In this document: positions 9,084-17,989 of the stretch, piece after piece
Layout of the letters: each line of letters begins with the position of its first letter
How positions within the stretch are numbered: position 1 is the stretch's first letter
Program-made: the position numbers and the translations under genes
The notes under the pieces: generated by a model
What the model was told of the DNA's origin: nothing
The model's database searches: none
Seen by the model: only the letters and a program-made list of their open reading frames with translations
Assembly (NCBI GenBank): GCA_035317605.1
Contig: DATHGT010000197.1
Span: 3,883 to 67,882 of the forward strand
Source of the DNA: Candidatus Acidiferrum sp.
Lineage (GTDB): Bacteria > Methylomirabilota > Methylomirabilia > Rokubacteriales > CSP1-6
Direction of reading: 5' to 3'
DNA: 64,000 nucleotides

Positions 9084-9862
9084 CACGATCCTCCGGCGTC
9101 GTCGCCCCGGCCACGGAAGGCGAGCAGCGCGCCGAGCCCGACGGCGACGGCGGCACCGATGGAGAACAGCGAATCCATGACCACGTTTCGCTGGGGCAGC
9201 TTCGGCTGCTCGGGCAGACCGTACTTCGCCGGCTTGGCCAGGAGAAGGAAGAAGGCGTTCAGCCCGCCGAGCGCTCCCCCCTTGTCGGCCCCATAGAGCT
9301 GGGCGTCCTTGAAGCCCATCTTCTGGAGCTCGTCGACCCGCTTGCGCGCCTTGGCTTCCAGATCGTCGCGGAAGCCGAAGCGGATGGACTCGGTCGGACA
9401 CGCCTTCGCGCACGCGGGACCGAGACCGTTGTGCAGGCGGTCGTTGCAGAAGGTGCACTTGGTGGCGGTCCCGGTATCGTGGTTGAACGAGACGACTCCG
9501 AACGGGCACGCCGAAACGCAGTAGCGGCAGCCGTTGCAGATGTCCTGGTTGATGTTGACGGTGCCGTACTCCGTCCGATAGATCGCGCCGGTCGGACACG
9601 CCTCGAGACAGCCCGCCTGGGCGCAATGCTTACAGACGTCCGACATCATGTGCCAGCGCATGCCGACCTTGTCGTCGCCGGGCTCCTCGAAGAACCGCAC
9701 GAGTCGATAGCTCTTGTCGGTGAAGGTCGCGTGGTTCTGATAGCTGCCGGTCCACTCGGGCTCTTCGGGGGCGAGCTGGTTCCACTGCTTGCACGCCACC
9801 TGGCACGCGCGGCAGCCGATGCACAGCGAAACGTCCGTGAACATCGCGACGGTGCGGGCCAT
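9083..9862 (-). CDS. Formate dehydrogenase iron-sulfur (beta) subunit with C-terminal TM helix
   Basis: CIGCRACQVAC, CKHCAQAGCLEACP, CNGCRYCVSACP, KCTFCNDR...CAKACP (four 4Fe-4S); FdnH/HybA-like. Confidence 0.93.
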   Translation of the reverse strand: MARTVAMFTDVSLCIGCRACQVACKQWNQLAPEEPEWTGSYQNHATFTDKSYRLVRFFEEPGDDKVGMRWHMMSDVCKHCAQAGCLEACPTGAIYRTEYGTVNINQDICNGCRYCVSACPFGVVSFNHDTGTATKCTFCNDRLHNGLGPACAKACPTESIRFGFRDDLEAKARKRVDELQKMGFKDAQLYGADKGGALGGLNAFFLLLAKPAKYGLPEQPKLPQRNVVMDSLFSIGAAVAVGLGALLAFRGRGDDAGGS

Positions 9863-9864
9863 GG

Positions 9865-12800
9865 CTACGCCACCCCCTTCCGGACGTTACAGAGGAGCGC
9901 CTTGGACTCCTGGATGAACGTCGTGGGATCGCCGAGGCTGGCCACCAAGTCATTGGTGATGTCGCCGCGCGACGACTGCATCACGCCCGCCCACCCCCAG
10001 TGCCAGGGAATCCCGACCTGGTAGACCTTCTTGCCGTCGATGATGAACGGCTTGATGCGCTCGGTGACCATCGCGCGGACCTTGATCTTCCCGCGTGGCG
10101 TTTCCACCGTGATCATGTCGCCGTTGGCGATGCCCAGCTCCCTGGCCATCTCCACGCCGATCTCCGCGAAGTGTCCGGGGAACAGCTCCGACAGCCAGGG
10201 CACGTGCCGCGAGGTACCGGCCGCGTGGTGCTCGGTGAGGCGGTACGTGGTCAGGATGTACGGGTACTTGTCGGGGGTGCCGAGCTCGTTGGTGTCGCCG
10301 ATGTTCCACACCTTGGCCACGGGGTTGTTCTGGACCTTCGAGAGCAGGTTCTTCGTCGGCGACTCGAAGGGCTCGTAGTGCTCGGGAAACGCCCCGTCGA
10401 GCACGGAGGCCAGGAGCCCGCCCTTGCCGTCCGCCCGCATGATGAAGGCGTCGGTCCCGCCGATTCCCTTGAACGGACCGTCCTTCGCCCGCGGAGCGTT
10501 GGGCGCCGTGAACGCGCCGAAGTCCGGCACGTCGCCGCCCACCCACTTCCCCTTCGTGTCGGGCGTGGCGCCCGGTGCTTCCGGATCCCACCAGATGAGC
10601 TTCTTCCGCTCGCTCCACGGCTTGCCGGAGGGATCGGCCGACGCGCGATTATAGAGGATGCGGCGGTTAGCCGGCCACGCGAAGCCCCAGTTGTGAGCCA
10701 TGTAGTCGGCGCCCTTGGCTCGCTCGCGGCGAGCCGCCAGATTCTTGCCCTCCTCGGGGAAGATACCGGTCATCAGCCAGTTGCCGCAGGCCGTCGAGCC
10801 ATCGTCCGCCAGGTGCGCGAAGGTCTTGAGGTGCTGCCCCGCCTTGTATGTCGGCTTGCCGTCCTTGTCCGTGATGTCACGGGTGGCGAAGCCGTTGATC
10901 TCGCGCAGCACCAGCTCGATGTTGGGCTCCTGCTTCGGGCCCTCGGGCTTGTAGTCCCACACGAGGTCCAGGACCGGCCGGTCCTTCTTCTCCTTCGATT
11001 CGGCATAGAGCTTCTTGAGCCGGTTGCCGAGATCCACGATGAAGGCGGCGTCGGAGCGCGCGTCGCCCGGAGAATCGACGGCCCGCTGATGCCATTGCGC
11101 CAGACGCATGGTGTTGGTGAGGGACCCATCCTTCTCGGCCGCCGGCGCCGCGGGAATGAAGAAGACCTCCGTCTGGCAGGTCTTCGGATCGATCCCGGGC
11201 TCCTTCCAGACCTGCGCGGTCTCCGTCTCGAAGAGGTCGGCCACCACCATCCACTTGAGGTTGCGCATGGCGCCGCGGACCATCTTGGCGTTGGGGCTGT
11301 CCACGGCCGGGTTCTGGCCCTGGCAGATGAAGCCCTTCACCTTGCCCTCGCGCATGCCGACCATGAAGTGCTGGTGCGAGTAGGCGTCGGCCTTCTCGCG
11401 CTTGGGCAGGTAGTCGTAGGCGAAATCGTTGTCCTTGGTGGCGGCGTCGCCCCACCACGCTTTGAACTGGCTGATGACGAACTTCGGGTTGTTCACCCAG
11501 TAGCTCGTGGTGGGGGTGGTCTTCTCCAGGTAGTCCTTGAACGTGGGGTGCGGGCCCTGCAGCGGCATCGGCGGGTAGCCCGGCAGCATGTGATAGAGCG
11601 TCCCCATGTCGGTGGCGCCCTGCACGTTGGAGTGGCCGCGCAGCGCAACCACGCCGCCGCCCGGACGGCCCACGTTGCCGAGGACGAGCTGCAGCATGCA
11701 GAGTGCCCTGATCTGCTGGACGCCATTCGTGGACTGATTGAGCTGCAGCGCGTAGGAAGCGGTCGCCGTCTTCTCGGGCCCGGAGGCCGAGCAGTACACG
11801 TCGGCGACCTCCAGGAACTTGGCCTTGGGAATACCGCACACCTTCTCCACCATGTCCGCTGTGTACCGGCTGTAGTGCCGGCGCAGGTGCTGGAAGACGG
11901 TGTTGGGGTCCTTGAGCGTCATGTCGCGCTTGGCATTGCCCTCGCCGTCGAGCTGGTACTTCCACGTCGACTGGTCGTACATCCGTTTCTCGGGATCGAA
12001 CCCGGAGAAGAACCCGTCCAGGTCCGTGGGGGTCTTGAAGGCCGGGTCCATCAGGAAGGGGGCGTTGGTGTAGTGCGCGACGTAGTCGTGGAAGTACTTG
12101 CCGCTCTCGATGGCGTAGCTGATGAGGCCGCCGAAGAACACGATGTTCGTGCCCGACCGGATCGGCACCCAGTAGTCCGCGGTCGCGGAGGTGCGGGTGA
12201 AGCGCGGATCGACGTGGATGACCTTGGCCCCGCGCTCCTTGGCCTTCATCACCCACTTGTAGCTCACGGGGTGGCACTCGGCCCAGTTCGAGGTGGGCAT
12301 GATCACGTCGGCGTTGATGACGTCGATCAGGTTGGTGGTCATCGCCCCGCGGCCGTAGCTGGCGCCGAGCGCGGGCACCGTCGCCGAGTGACAGAGCCGG
12401 GCCGAATTCTCCACGTTCACGAGACCGATGCCGCGGGAGAGCTTGGCGATCAGGTAGTTCTCCTCGTTGTCGAGCACCGAGGAGCCGAGCCAGGCCACGC
12501 CCTCGCAGCGATTGACGGTGACCACCTTCGCTGGCGGCGCGGCCTTCTTCATCTCGGCCGGGTAGGGAGAGTCGGCCTGCCCCGGCTTGCCGGGCTCGCC
12601 CTTCTTGACCTTCGGCTCCTCCTTGGGAGGGCCCCCCAGGGTGACGGTTTCGACGAAGGTCTCGTCGCGAGCTTGTTTCACCCGCTTGGCGATTTCCGCC
12701 ATCATCCAGTCGAGCGGCTTCTCCTCCCACTTGTCGCTGCCGGCCGCCCGGTAGAGCGCCTTGGTGAGCCGCCTGGCGTTGATCGACAGCTGGTAGGTCG

Positions 12801-13068
12801 ACGAGCCCTTCGGGCAGAGCGCGCCCTCGGTGTGCGGGGTGTCAGGGTCGCCCTCGATGTCGACGATCTTGCCGTCCTTGACGTAGATGAGCTGGGCGCA
12901 GCCCACCGCGCAGTATGGGCACACGCCCGGAACCACCTTGGCCTCCTTGATTCGCAGCGAGGTGGCGGCGGCCTCGACTGGGGCCAGGCTGACTCCGCGC
13001 GCGCCGAGCGCGACGCCGGTGGCGGACGTTCCCGAGTACTTCAGGAATTCGCGTCGTGAGAGGCTCAT
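9865..13068 (-). CDS. Formate dehydrogenase-N-type alpha subunit (Mo/W-bisPGD, Cys ligand, Tat signal)
   Basis: Tat SRREFLK; CPYCAVGC...CPKG; active site ARLCHSATV with Cys, not Sec; ALRGHSNVQG; RLTEHH. Confidence 0.95.
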   Translation of the reverse strand: MSLSRREFLKYSGTSATGVALGARGVSLAPVEAAATSLRIKEAKVVPGVCPYCAVGCAQLIYVKDGKIVDIEGDPDTPHTEGALCPKGSSTYQLSINARRLTKALYRAAGSDKWEEKPLDWMMAEIAKRVKQARDETFVETVTLGGPPKEEPKVKKGEPGKPGQADSPYPAEMKKAAPPAKVVTVNRCEGVAWLGSSVLDNEENYLIAKLSRGIGLVNVENSARLCHSATVPALGASYGRGAMTTNLIDVINADVIMPTSNWAECHPVSYKWVMKAKERGAKVIHVDPRFTRTSATADYWVPIRSGTNIVFFGGLISYAIESGKYFHDYVAHYTNAPFLMDPAFKTPTDLDGFFSGFDPEKRMYDQSTWKYQLDGEGNAKRDMTLKDPNTVFQHLRRHYSRYTADMVEKVCGIPKAKFLEVADVYCSASGPEKTATASYALQLNQSTNGVQQIRALCMLQLVLGNVGRPGGGVVALRGHSNVQGATDMGTLYHMLPGYPPMPLQGPHPTFKDYLEKTTPTTSYWVNNPKFVISQFKAWWGDAATKDNDFAYDYLPKREKADAYSHQHFMVGMREGKVKGFICQGQNPAVDSPNAKMVRGAMRNLKWMVVADLFETETAQVWKEPGIDPKTCQTEVFFIPAAPAAEKDGSLTNTMRLAQWHQRAVDSPGDARSDAAFIVDLGNRLKKLYAESKEKKDRPVLDLVWDYKPEGPKQEPNIELVLREINGFATRDITDKDGKPTYKAGQHLKTFAHLADDGSTACGNWLMTGIFPEEGKNLAARRERAKGADYMAHNWGFAWPANRRILYNRASADPSGKPWSERKKLIWWDPEAPGATPDTKGKWVGGDVPDFGAFTAPNAPRAKDGPFKGIGGTDAFIMRADGKGGLLASVLDGAFPEHYEPFESPTKNLLSKVQNNPVAKVWNIGDTNELGTPDKYPYILTTYRLTEHHAAGTSRHVPWLSELFPGHFAEIGVEMARELGIANGDMITVETPRGKIKVRAMVTERIKPFIIDGKKVYQVGIPWHWGWAGVMQSSRGDITNDLVASLGDPTTFIQESKALLCNVRKGVA

Positions 13069-13116
13069 GGGGCACTCCTTTGTGCGACAGCGAGTTCCGT
13101 GATCGCGTCGGTTCGG

Positions 13117-13389
13117 TCAGAGCTCGGGGCTGGCGATCTGCTCCCAGACGCGCCTGAGCACCACGACCGTCGCGACTCCGCGGTCCGTTTCGTCGATGCG
13201 TACGACGTCTCCGGGATTCAGCGCGCCGAGCGGCGCCTCGACACCGTCTTCGGTGATCACGACGGTGCGTTCGTGACAGGAGAGATCAGTGCAGCCCTCA
13301 CCTTTGACGCGCAGGCGATGGTGATCGGGGTCGACCGCCACCACCGTGACTCGACTGTGCTGGAGCCAATCCGTGAGGCTTTGCGTCAT
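13117..13389 (-). CDS. Small beta-rich hypothetical protein upstream of the fdh genes
   Basis: 90 aa; VVAVDPDHHRLRV...LNPGDVVRI pattern resembles a small OB-like barrel; lies between the fdh promoter and the alpha subunit. Confidence 0.6.
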   Translation of the reverse strand: MTQSLTDWLQHSRVTVVAVDPDHHRLRVKGEGCTDLSCHERTVVITEDGVEAPLGALNPGDVVRIDETDRGVATVVVLRRVWEQIASPEL

Positions 13390-13465
13390 GGCCCTGCCCC
13401 TCCTTCGGTTAGGTCGACCCGCTCACGTTACGAGGGGACCGACACCGATTGGACCTGCCGCCGGG

Positions 13466-13494
13466 AGAGTAGAGCGGTCAGACCACCGTGTCAA
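13466..13494 (-). promoter_or_regulatory. Sigma70 promoter for the fdh operon with a TGGTCTGACC palindrome in the spacer
   Basis: Minus strand TTGACA-cggtggtctgaccgctc(17 nt)-TACTCT. Confidence 0.7.
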
Positions 13495-13498
13495 GAAT

Positions 13499-13831
13499 TC
13501 AATGACGGCGGTCGGGTCGGTCGTCCATCTTCTGATACTCCGTCAGATGGGCTTCCAGCAGGGCGCGCGCCCCTTGGTCGTCGCCGGCTTCCAGCAGGCC
13601 GACCACCAGCCGACGGAGGTCCGGTGCGACGACGGACCCATTGGTCACGGGATTGTAGAAGCGCTCGAGCTCGAGAAGGATCCCCTTGACCCGAGGGAGG
13701 TCGTCGAGGTGTTCGAGCGCTTCTCGCATCATCCGGACTTCGTCGTTCTCGCGGGGCCGGAGCTTGCCCCGGCGGAAGACCAGCCGGTCGTTGGGATCGT
13801 CGTGATGTTCAGGGACGCCAGCCCCGGCCAT
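13499..13831 (-). CDS. Hypothetical protein (110 aa)
   Basis: Helical protein-like ORF; TAGAAT 8 nt upstream of the ATG. Confidence 0.55.
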   Translation of the reverse strand: MAGAGVPEHHDDPNDRLVFRRGKLRPRENDEVRMMREALEHLDDLPRVKGILLELERFYNPVTNGSVVAPDLRRLVVGLLEAGDDQGARALLEAHLTEYQKMDDRPDRRH

Positions 13832-13882
13832 GGGACGGGATTCTATCGCACGCGCGGCCCGGCCACGAGCCTTCCCTCTCGA

Positions 13883-14656
13883 TCAGTCGGGTTGGCCCGC
13901 CGACTGGACCCCGAGCACGATCCCGTCCCCCGCGTAGAGGTTGAAGCCGTCCGGTCTCACGTAGCCGCACACCGTGATGTTGAGCTGCTCGGCCAAGCCG
14001 ACGGCCATCTCCGTCGGCGACGTCCGCGAGGCGACGATGGGCACGCCCATGCGCGCGGCCTTGAGCAGCATCTCCGACGACACGCGTCCGGTCGAAAGGA
14101 GAATGCGGTCGACGGTCGAAATATCGCGCAGCAGCGCCTCGCCCTTGATCTTGTCGACGGCGTTGTGGCGGCCGACGTCCTCGGCCACGAGAAGCACGCC
14201 CTCGGGATCGGCGAGGGCCGCGCCGTGGATGCCCCGCGACGCCTTGTACAGAACGGCGGACGCGAACAGGTCCCGCATGCGCGCGGCCAGCTGGGCCGCC
14301 GAAATCTGGAGTCCGCTGGCCAATCGGGGAAACAGACGGTGGTCGATCCGAAACGTGATCCCGCCGCCGCAACCCGAGGTCAGGATCCGCTCCGTCGGCA
14401 GATCCACCGGATGGTCGAGGGTCACGTCTACACGCCCGTCGACCGGCGAGACGTCGAGGGTCTGGATCTCGCGCACGTCGCCGATGACCATCTCCATCCA
14501 CAGGTAGCCGATCACCAGCGCTTCGAGCTGGACGGGCGTACAGAGCAGCGTGAGGAATCGAGTCCCGTTGACGTAGACGGTCAGCGGCTGCTCACGGACG
14601 ACCTCGCCCGTGATCTCCTCCACCCGCTCACCGCGCACCTTCAGATACGTCCGCAT
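13883..14656 (-). CDS. fdhD: Formate dehydrogenase sulfurtransferase FdhD
   Basis: EQPLTVYVNG, TSGCG, GIHGAAL, EDVGRHNAVDK, STGRVSSEM. Confidence 0.95.
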   Translation of the reverse strand: MRTYLKVRGERVEEITGEVVREQPLTVYVNGTRFLTLLCTPVQLEALVIGYLWMEMVIGDVREIQTLDVSPVDGRVDVTLDHPVDLPTERILTSGCGGGITFRIDHRLFPRLASGLQISAAQLAARMRDLFASAVLYKASRGIHGAALADPEGVLLVAEDVGRHNAVDKIKGEALLRDISTVDRILLSTGRVSSEMLLKAARMGVPIVASRTSPTEMAVGLAEQLNITVCGYVRPDGFNLYAGDGIVLGVQSAGQPD

Positions 14657-14680
14657 CTCGCTCGCATTCTAGTCCATTGA

Positions 14681-14812
14681 CGTCGGGGGGAGCGAACGCG
14701 GGGTCTGAGCGAAGGGGCTACGCCCCCTCGCGCTCCCCGGCCCGACACCCCCCACCGCCGCGAGTTCGAATCTCGAGCGCGGATGGACGGATTGCGGCGG
14801 CAAAGCCGCCGC
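14681..14812. repeat. REP/BIME-like multi-hairpin intergenic element
   Basis: Contains gcgaaggggc-TAC-gccccctcgc nested in ggggagcg...cgctcccc, and a perfect gcggcggc-AAA-gccgccgc hairpin at 14794-14812. Confidence 0.6.
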
Positions 14813-14834
14813 TCGAAAAACGACGTTCGACGAT

Positions 14835-15572
14835 TCAATACATCACCCGCAGGAGGGTCAGGCCGTGAGCGGGCGCGGTGGGGCCGGCGCGGCGGCGGTC
14901 GCGGCTGGCCAGCACGTCGGCGAGCCAGCCCGGCTCGCGGGCGCCGCGCCCGACCTCGACGGCGCTGCCCACGATGTTGCGGACCATGTGGTGCAGGAAG
15001 CGGTCGCCGGAGACGAGCACGGCGATCCGATCGCGACGACGGAGCACGTGCAGCGCGCGCACCGTGCACGTCGGCTCGTGCTCCCGCCCCGGCGCCGCGC
15101 AGAACGCGCTGAAGTCGTGACGGCCGCGCAGCGGCTCGAGGGCGCACCGCATGCGCTCGACGTCGAGCCGAAGGGGCACGGACCAGGCATAGCGCAGCAG
15201 AAAGGGCGACGGCGTCGACCCGTTCTCGATGAGATAGCCGTAGCGCTTGCCGAGCGCCGCACGCCGCGCATCGAAACGCTCGTCCGCCTCCGCGCACGCC
15301 ACCACCCGAATGTCCCGCGGCAGCGTGGCGTTCAGCGCCCGCTTGACCACGTCGGCGGGGACCTCCCGCCCGGCCCGGATCGACACGGCCTGTCGCAGCG
15401 CGTGGACGCCCGCGTCGGTGCGACTGGCCCCGGTCACGCGAATGCCGTCGCCGAGCAGCGCCTGCGCCGCCGTCACCACGAGCCCCTGCACCGTCGGCCG
15501 CCCGGGCTGGATCTGCCATCCGGAATAGGCGGTCCCGTCGTACGCGAGCACGACGCGCCAAGCCCGGCTCAC
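14835..15572 (-). CDS. truA: tRNA pseudouridine(38-40) synthase
   Basis: YDGTAYSGWQIQ, ASRTDAGVHA, GRHDFSAF, RFLHHMVRNIVG, TAPAHGLTL. Confidence 0.96.
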   Translation of the reverse strand: MSRAWRVVLAYDGTAYSGWQIQPGRPTVQGLVVTAAQALLGDGIRVTGASRTDAGVHALRQAVSIRAGREVPADVVKRALNATLPRDIRVVACAEADERFDARRAALGKRYGYLIENGSTPSPFLLRYAWSVPLRLDVERMRCALEPLRGRHDFSAFCAAPGREHEPTCTVRALHVLRRRDRIAVLVSGDRFLHHMVRNIVGSAVEVGRGAREPGWLADVLASRDRRRAGPTAPAHGLTLLRVMY

Positions 15573-15588
15573 CGTGATCGACCCGGGG

Positions 15589-15879
15589 CTATCGTCGACG
15601 GGGCAGCACGGTCAGCCAGACGACCACCACCGCGAAGACGAGCACGACGTTGACGGCGGCCTGCCACGGCGAAACGGACGAGGGGCGAACACCATGGCGG
15701 GCGAGGAAGTCCTGACGGCTGAAATCCTTCGGCTCGTAGTAGAACGGGTTGTAGCCGCGGCTGGCGTCGATCAGGTTGACGATCCAGGGCACCAGCACGT
15801 AGGTGACCACCACGATCGTGAGCAGGACGGCGAGATGAAAGCGGCCTCGCCGGTGGTAGTAGCGCCGCAATCGACCCAA
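15589..15879 (-). CDS. Small two-TM membrane protein of unknown function
   Basis: 96 aa, TTG start, two hydrophobic helices around the loop YNPFYYEPKD; fills the asd-truA gap. Confidence 0.6.
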   Translation of the reverse strand: MGRLRRYYHRRGRFHLAVLLTIVVVTYVLVPWIVNLIDASRGYNPFYYEPKDFSRQDFLARHGVRPSSVSPWQAAVNVVLVFAVVVVWLTVLPRRR

Positions 15880-15896
15880 TGCGCCGGCCCTCGCGA

Positions 15897-16904
15897 TCAG
15901 AATCCGAGCAGCACTTCCGCGATCTGAACGGCGTTCGTGGCCGCGCCCTTCCGCAGCTGATCGCCCACCACCCAGAAGTTGAGCGCGCTGGGGTGCGAGA
16001 GGTCGTCACGGATGCGCCCGACGTAGCAGTCGTCCTGGCCCTCCACGGTGACCGGCATCGGATACCGTCCCTGCGCGGGATCGTCCCACAGCCGGAGCCC
16101 CGGGAACCGCTCGAAGAGCGCGCGGGCGCGCTCGGCGCCGATGGGCGTCTCGGTCTCGGCGTTCACCGCCACCGAATGGCAGGTGAAGACCGGCACCCGC
16201 ACGGTGGTGGGCGAAATCCGAAGGTCGGGCGCCTCGAGGATCTTGCGGGTCTCGTTGACGAGCTTGCGCTCCTCGCCGGTGTACCCGTCTGACCCGAACG
16301 CGTCGATGTGAGGGATCAGGTTGAAGGCGATCTGGTGCGGGAAGAACCGCGGCGTGATCGCCTCGCCCCGCGCCCACGCGAGCGTCTGCTGGCGCAGATC
16401 CTCGATCCCGTTCACGCCCGCCCCCGACACCGCCTGGTAGCTGGTGGCCACGACCCGGCGCAGGCGACCGGCGTCGTGGAGCGGCTTGAGCGGCATGACC
16501 GTGACGATGGTGGTGCAGTTCGGCGAGGCCACGATGCCCCGGTGAGTCTTGACCGCGTGCGGGTTGATCTCGGGGACGACCAGCGGAACGTCCGGGTCCA
16601 TCCGGAAGGCGTTGGACTTGTCGACCACGGTGGCGCCGGCCGCGACCAGCACGGGCGCGATCTCGCGGGACTGGGCGGAGCCGGCCGAGCAGAACGCGAT
16701 CTCGAGGCCCTTGAAGGCGGAGGCCTCCACCCGCCGCACGGGGAGGGCGTCGCCCCGAAAGGTCACGGTCTTGCCCACCGAGCGCTCGGAGGCGAAGCAC
16801 CGCAGCTCGCGCACGGGGAACTTTCGCTCCTCCAGGATGCGCAGGGTCATCTGCCCGGCCGCCCCGGTGGCGCCGACGACCGCTACCCGGACTCCGCTCG
16901 GCAT
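15897..16904 (-). CDS. asd: Aspartate-semialdehyde dehydrogenase
   Basis: VAVVGATGAAG, SPNCTT, SYQAVSGAG, IAFNLIPHI, TVRVPVF, DQLRKGAATNA. Confidence 0.96.
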   Translation of the reverse strand: MPSGVRVAVVGATGAAGQMTLRILEERKFPVRELRCFASERSVGKTVTFRGDALPVRRVEASAFKGLEIAFCSAGSAQSREIAPVLVAAGATVVDKSNAFRMDPDVPLVVPEINPHAVKTHRGIVASPNCTTIVTVMPLKPLHDAGRLRRVVATSYQAVSGAGVNGIEDLRQQTLAWARGEAITPRFFPHQIAFNLIPHIDAFGSDGYTGEERKLVNETRKILEAPDLRISPTTVRVPVFTCHSVAVNAETETPIGAERARALFERFPGLRLWDDPAQGRYPMPVTVEGQDDCYVGRIRDDLSHPSALNFWVVGDQLRKGAATNAVQIAEVLLGF

Positions 16905-16909
16905 CGGTC

Positions 16910-17989
16910 TCACCCCTCCAGAGCGCCCACGATCAGGTCGCCCATCTCGCGGGTGCCCACCGTCTTGCCGCCGGGCTCGGCGATGTCGCGCGTGCGGTGG
17001 CCGTTCTCGAGCACCCGCCGCACCGCCCGCTCGACGCGATCGGCGTCGTCGACCCGGTCCAGCGAGTAGCGCAGCAGCATGGCGGCCGACAGGACGGCCG
17101 CGATCGGGTTGGCCACGCCCTGCCCCGCGATGTCCGGCGCGGTGCCGTGGACCGGCTCGTAGAGTCCGACCTTGCCGCCCATCGAGGCGGACGCGAGCAT
17201 GCCCATCGAGCCGGCGAGGATCGCCGCCTCGTCGGACAGGATGTCGCCGAAGGTGTTCTCGGCCACGATGGTGTCGAACTGGGTGGGCCGCTGCACCAGC
17301 GCCATCGAGCAGTTGTCGACCAGGATGTGCTCGAGCGTCACGTCCGGATAGTCCCGGCCCACGCGGGTGACGACCTCGCGCCAGAGCGTGGACACGACCA
17401 GCACGTTGGCCTTGTCGACCGAGGTGAGCTTGCGGCGGCGCTTGCGCGCGACCTCGAAGGCCACGCGGGCCACCCGCTCGATCTCCCCTGACGTGTACAC
17501 CATGGTGTTGACCGCGCGCGCGCTGCCGTCGGCGAACTGCTCGATACCACGCGGCTCGCCGTAATAGAGACCGCCGGTGAGCTCGCGGATCACCATGATG
17601 TCCGTGCCCTCGACGACCGAGCGCTTGAGCGGCGAGGCGTCGACGAGCATCGGGAAGCACACGGCCGGCCGGAGGTTGGCGAAGAGGTCCAGGTCCTTGC
17701 GAATGGCCAGCAACCCTCGCTCGGCCTTCTGCTCCTGCGGCAGGTGATCCCACTTCGGGCCGCCCACGGCGCCGAACAGGATGGCCTGCGACGCTCGGCA
17801 CAGCTCGAGCGTCTCCTTCGGCAGCGGTCCGCCGGTGGCGTCGATGGCCGAGCCCCCGATCAGGGCCGGAGTGAACGCGAAGCCGACTCCGGAGCCCTTG
17901 CCCACGGCCTCCAGCACCCGCACGGCCTCGCCCGTCACTTCGGGACCGATGCCGTCGCCCGCGAGCACCGCGATGCGATAGGTCGTCAT
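16910..17989 (-). CDS. leuB: 3-isopropylmalate dehydrogenase
   Basis: [52 protein letters not shown]. Confidence 0.96.
   Translation of the reverse strand: MTTYRIAVLAGDGIGPEVTGEAVRVLEAVGKGSGVGFAFTPALIGGSAIDATGGPLPKETLELCRASQAILFGAVGGPKWDHLPQEQKAERGLLAIRKDLDLFANLRPAVCFPMLVDASPLKRSVVEGTDIMVIRELTGGLYYGEPRGIEQFADGSARAVNTMVYTSGEIERVARVAFEVARKRRRKLTSVDKANVLVVSTLWREVVTRVGRDYPDVTLEHILVDNCSMALVQRPTQFDTIVAENTFGDILSDEAAILAGSMGMLASASMGGKVGLYEPVHGTAPDIAGQGVANPIAAVLSAAMLLRYSLDRVDDADRVERAVRRVLENGHRTRDIAEPGGKTVGTREMGDLIVGALEG

Noticed and set aside
233-13059. Long plus-strand ORFs (233-1339, 1498-3786, 4541-5794, 10000-13059)
   Set aside because: Antisense shadows of well-supported minus-strand genes; GC-rich codon bias removes stops; no family motifs.
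9865-13068. Selenocysteine/SECIS in FDH alpha
   Set aside because: The ORF is uninterrupted and the active-site codon encodes Cys.
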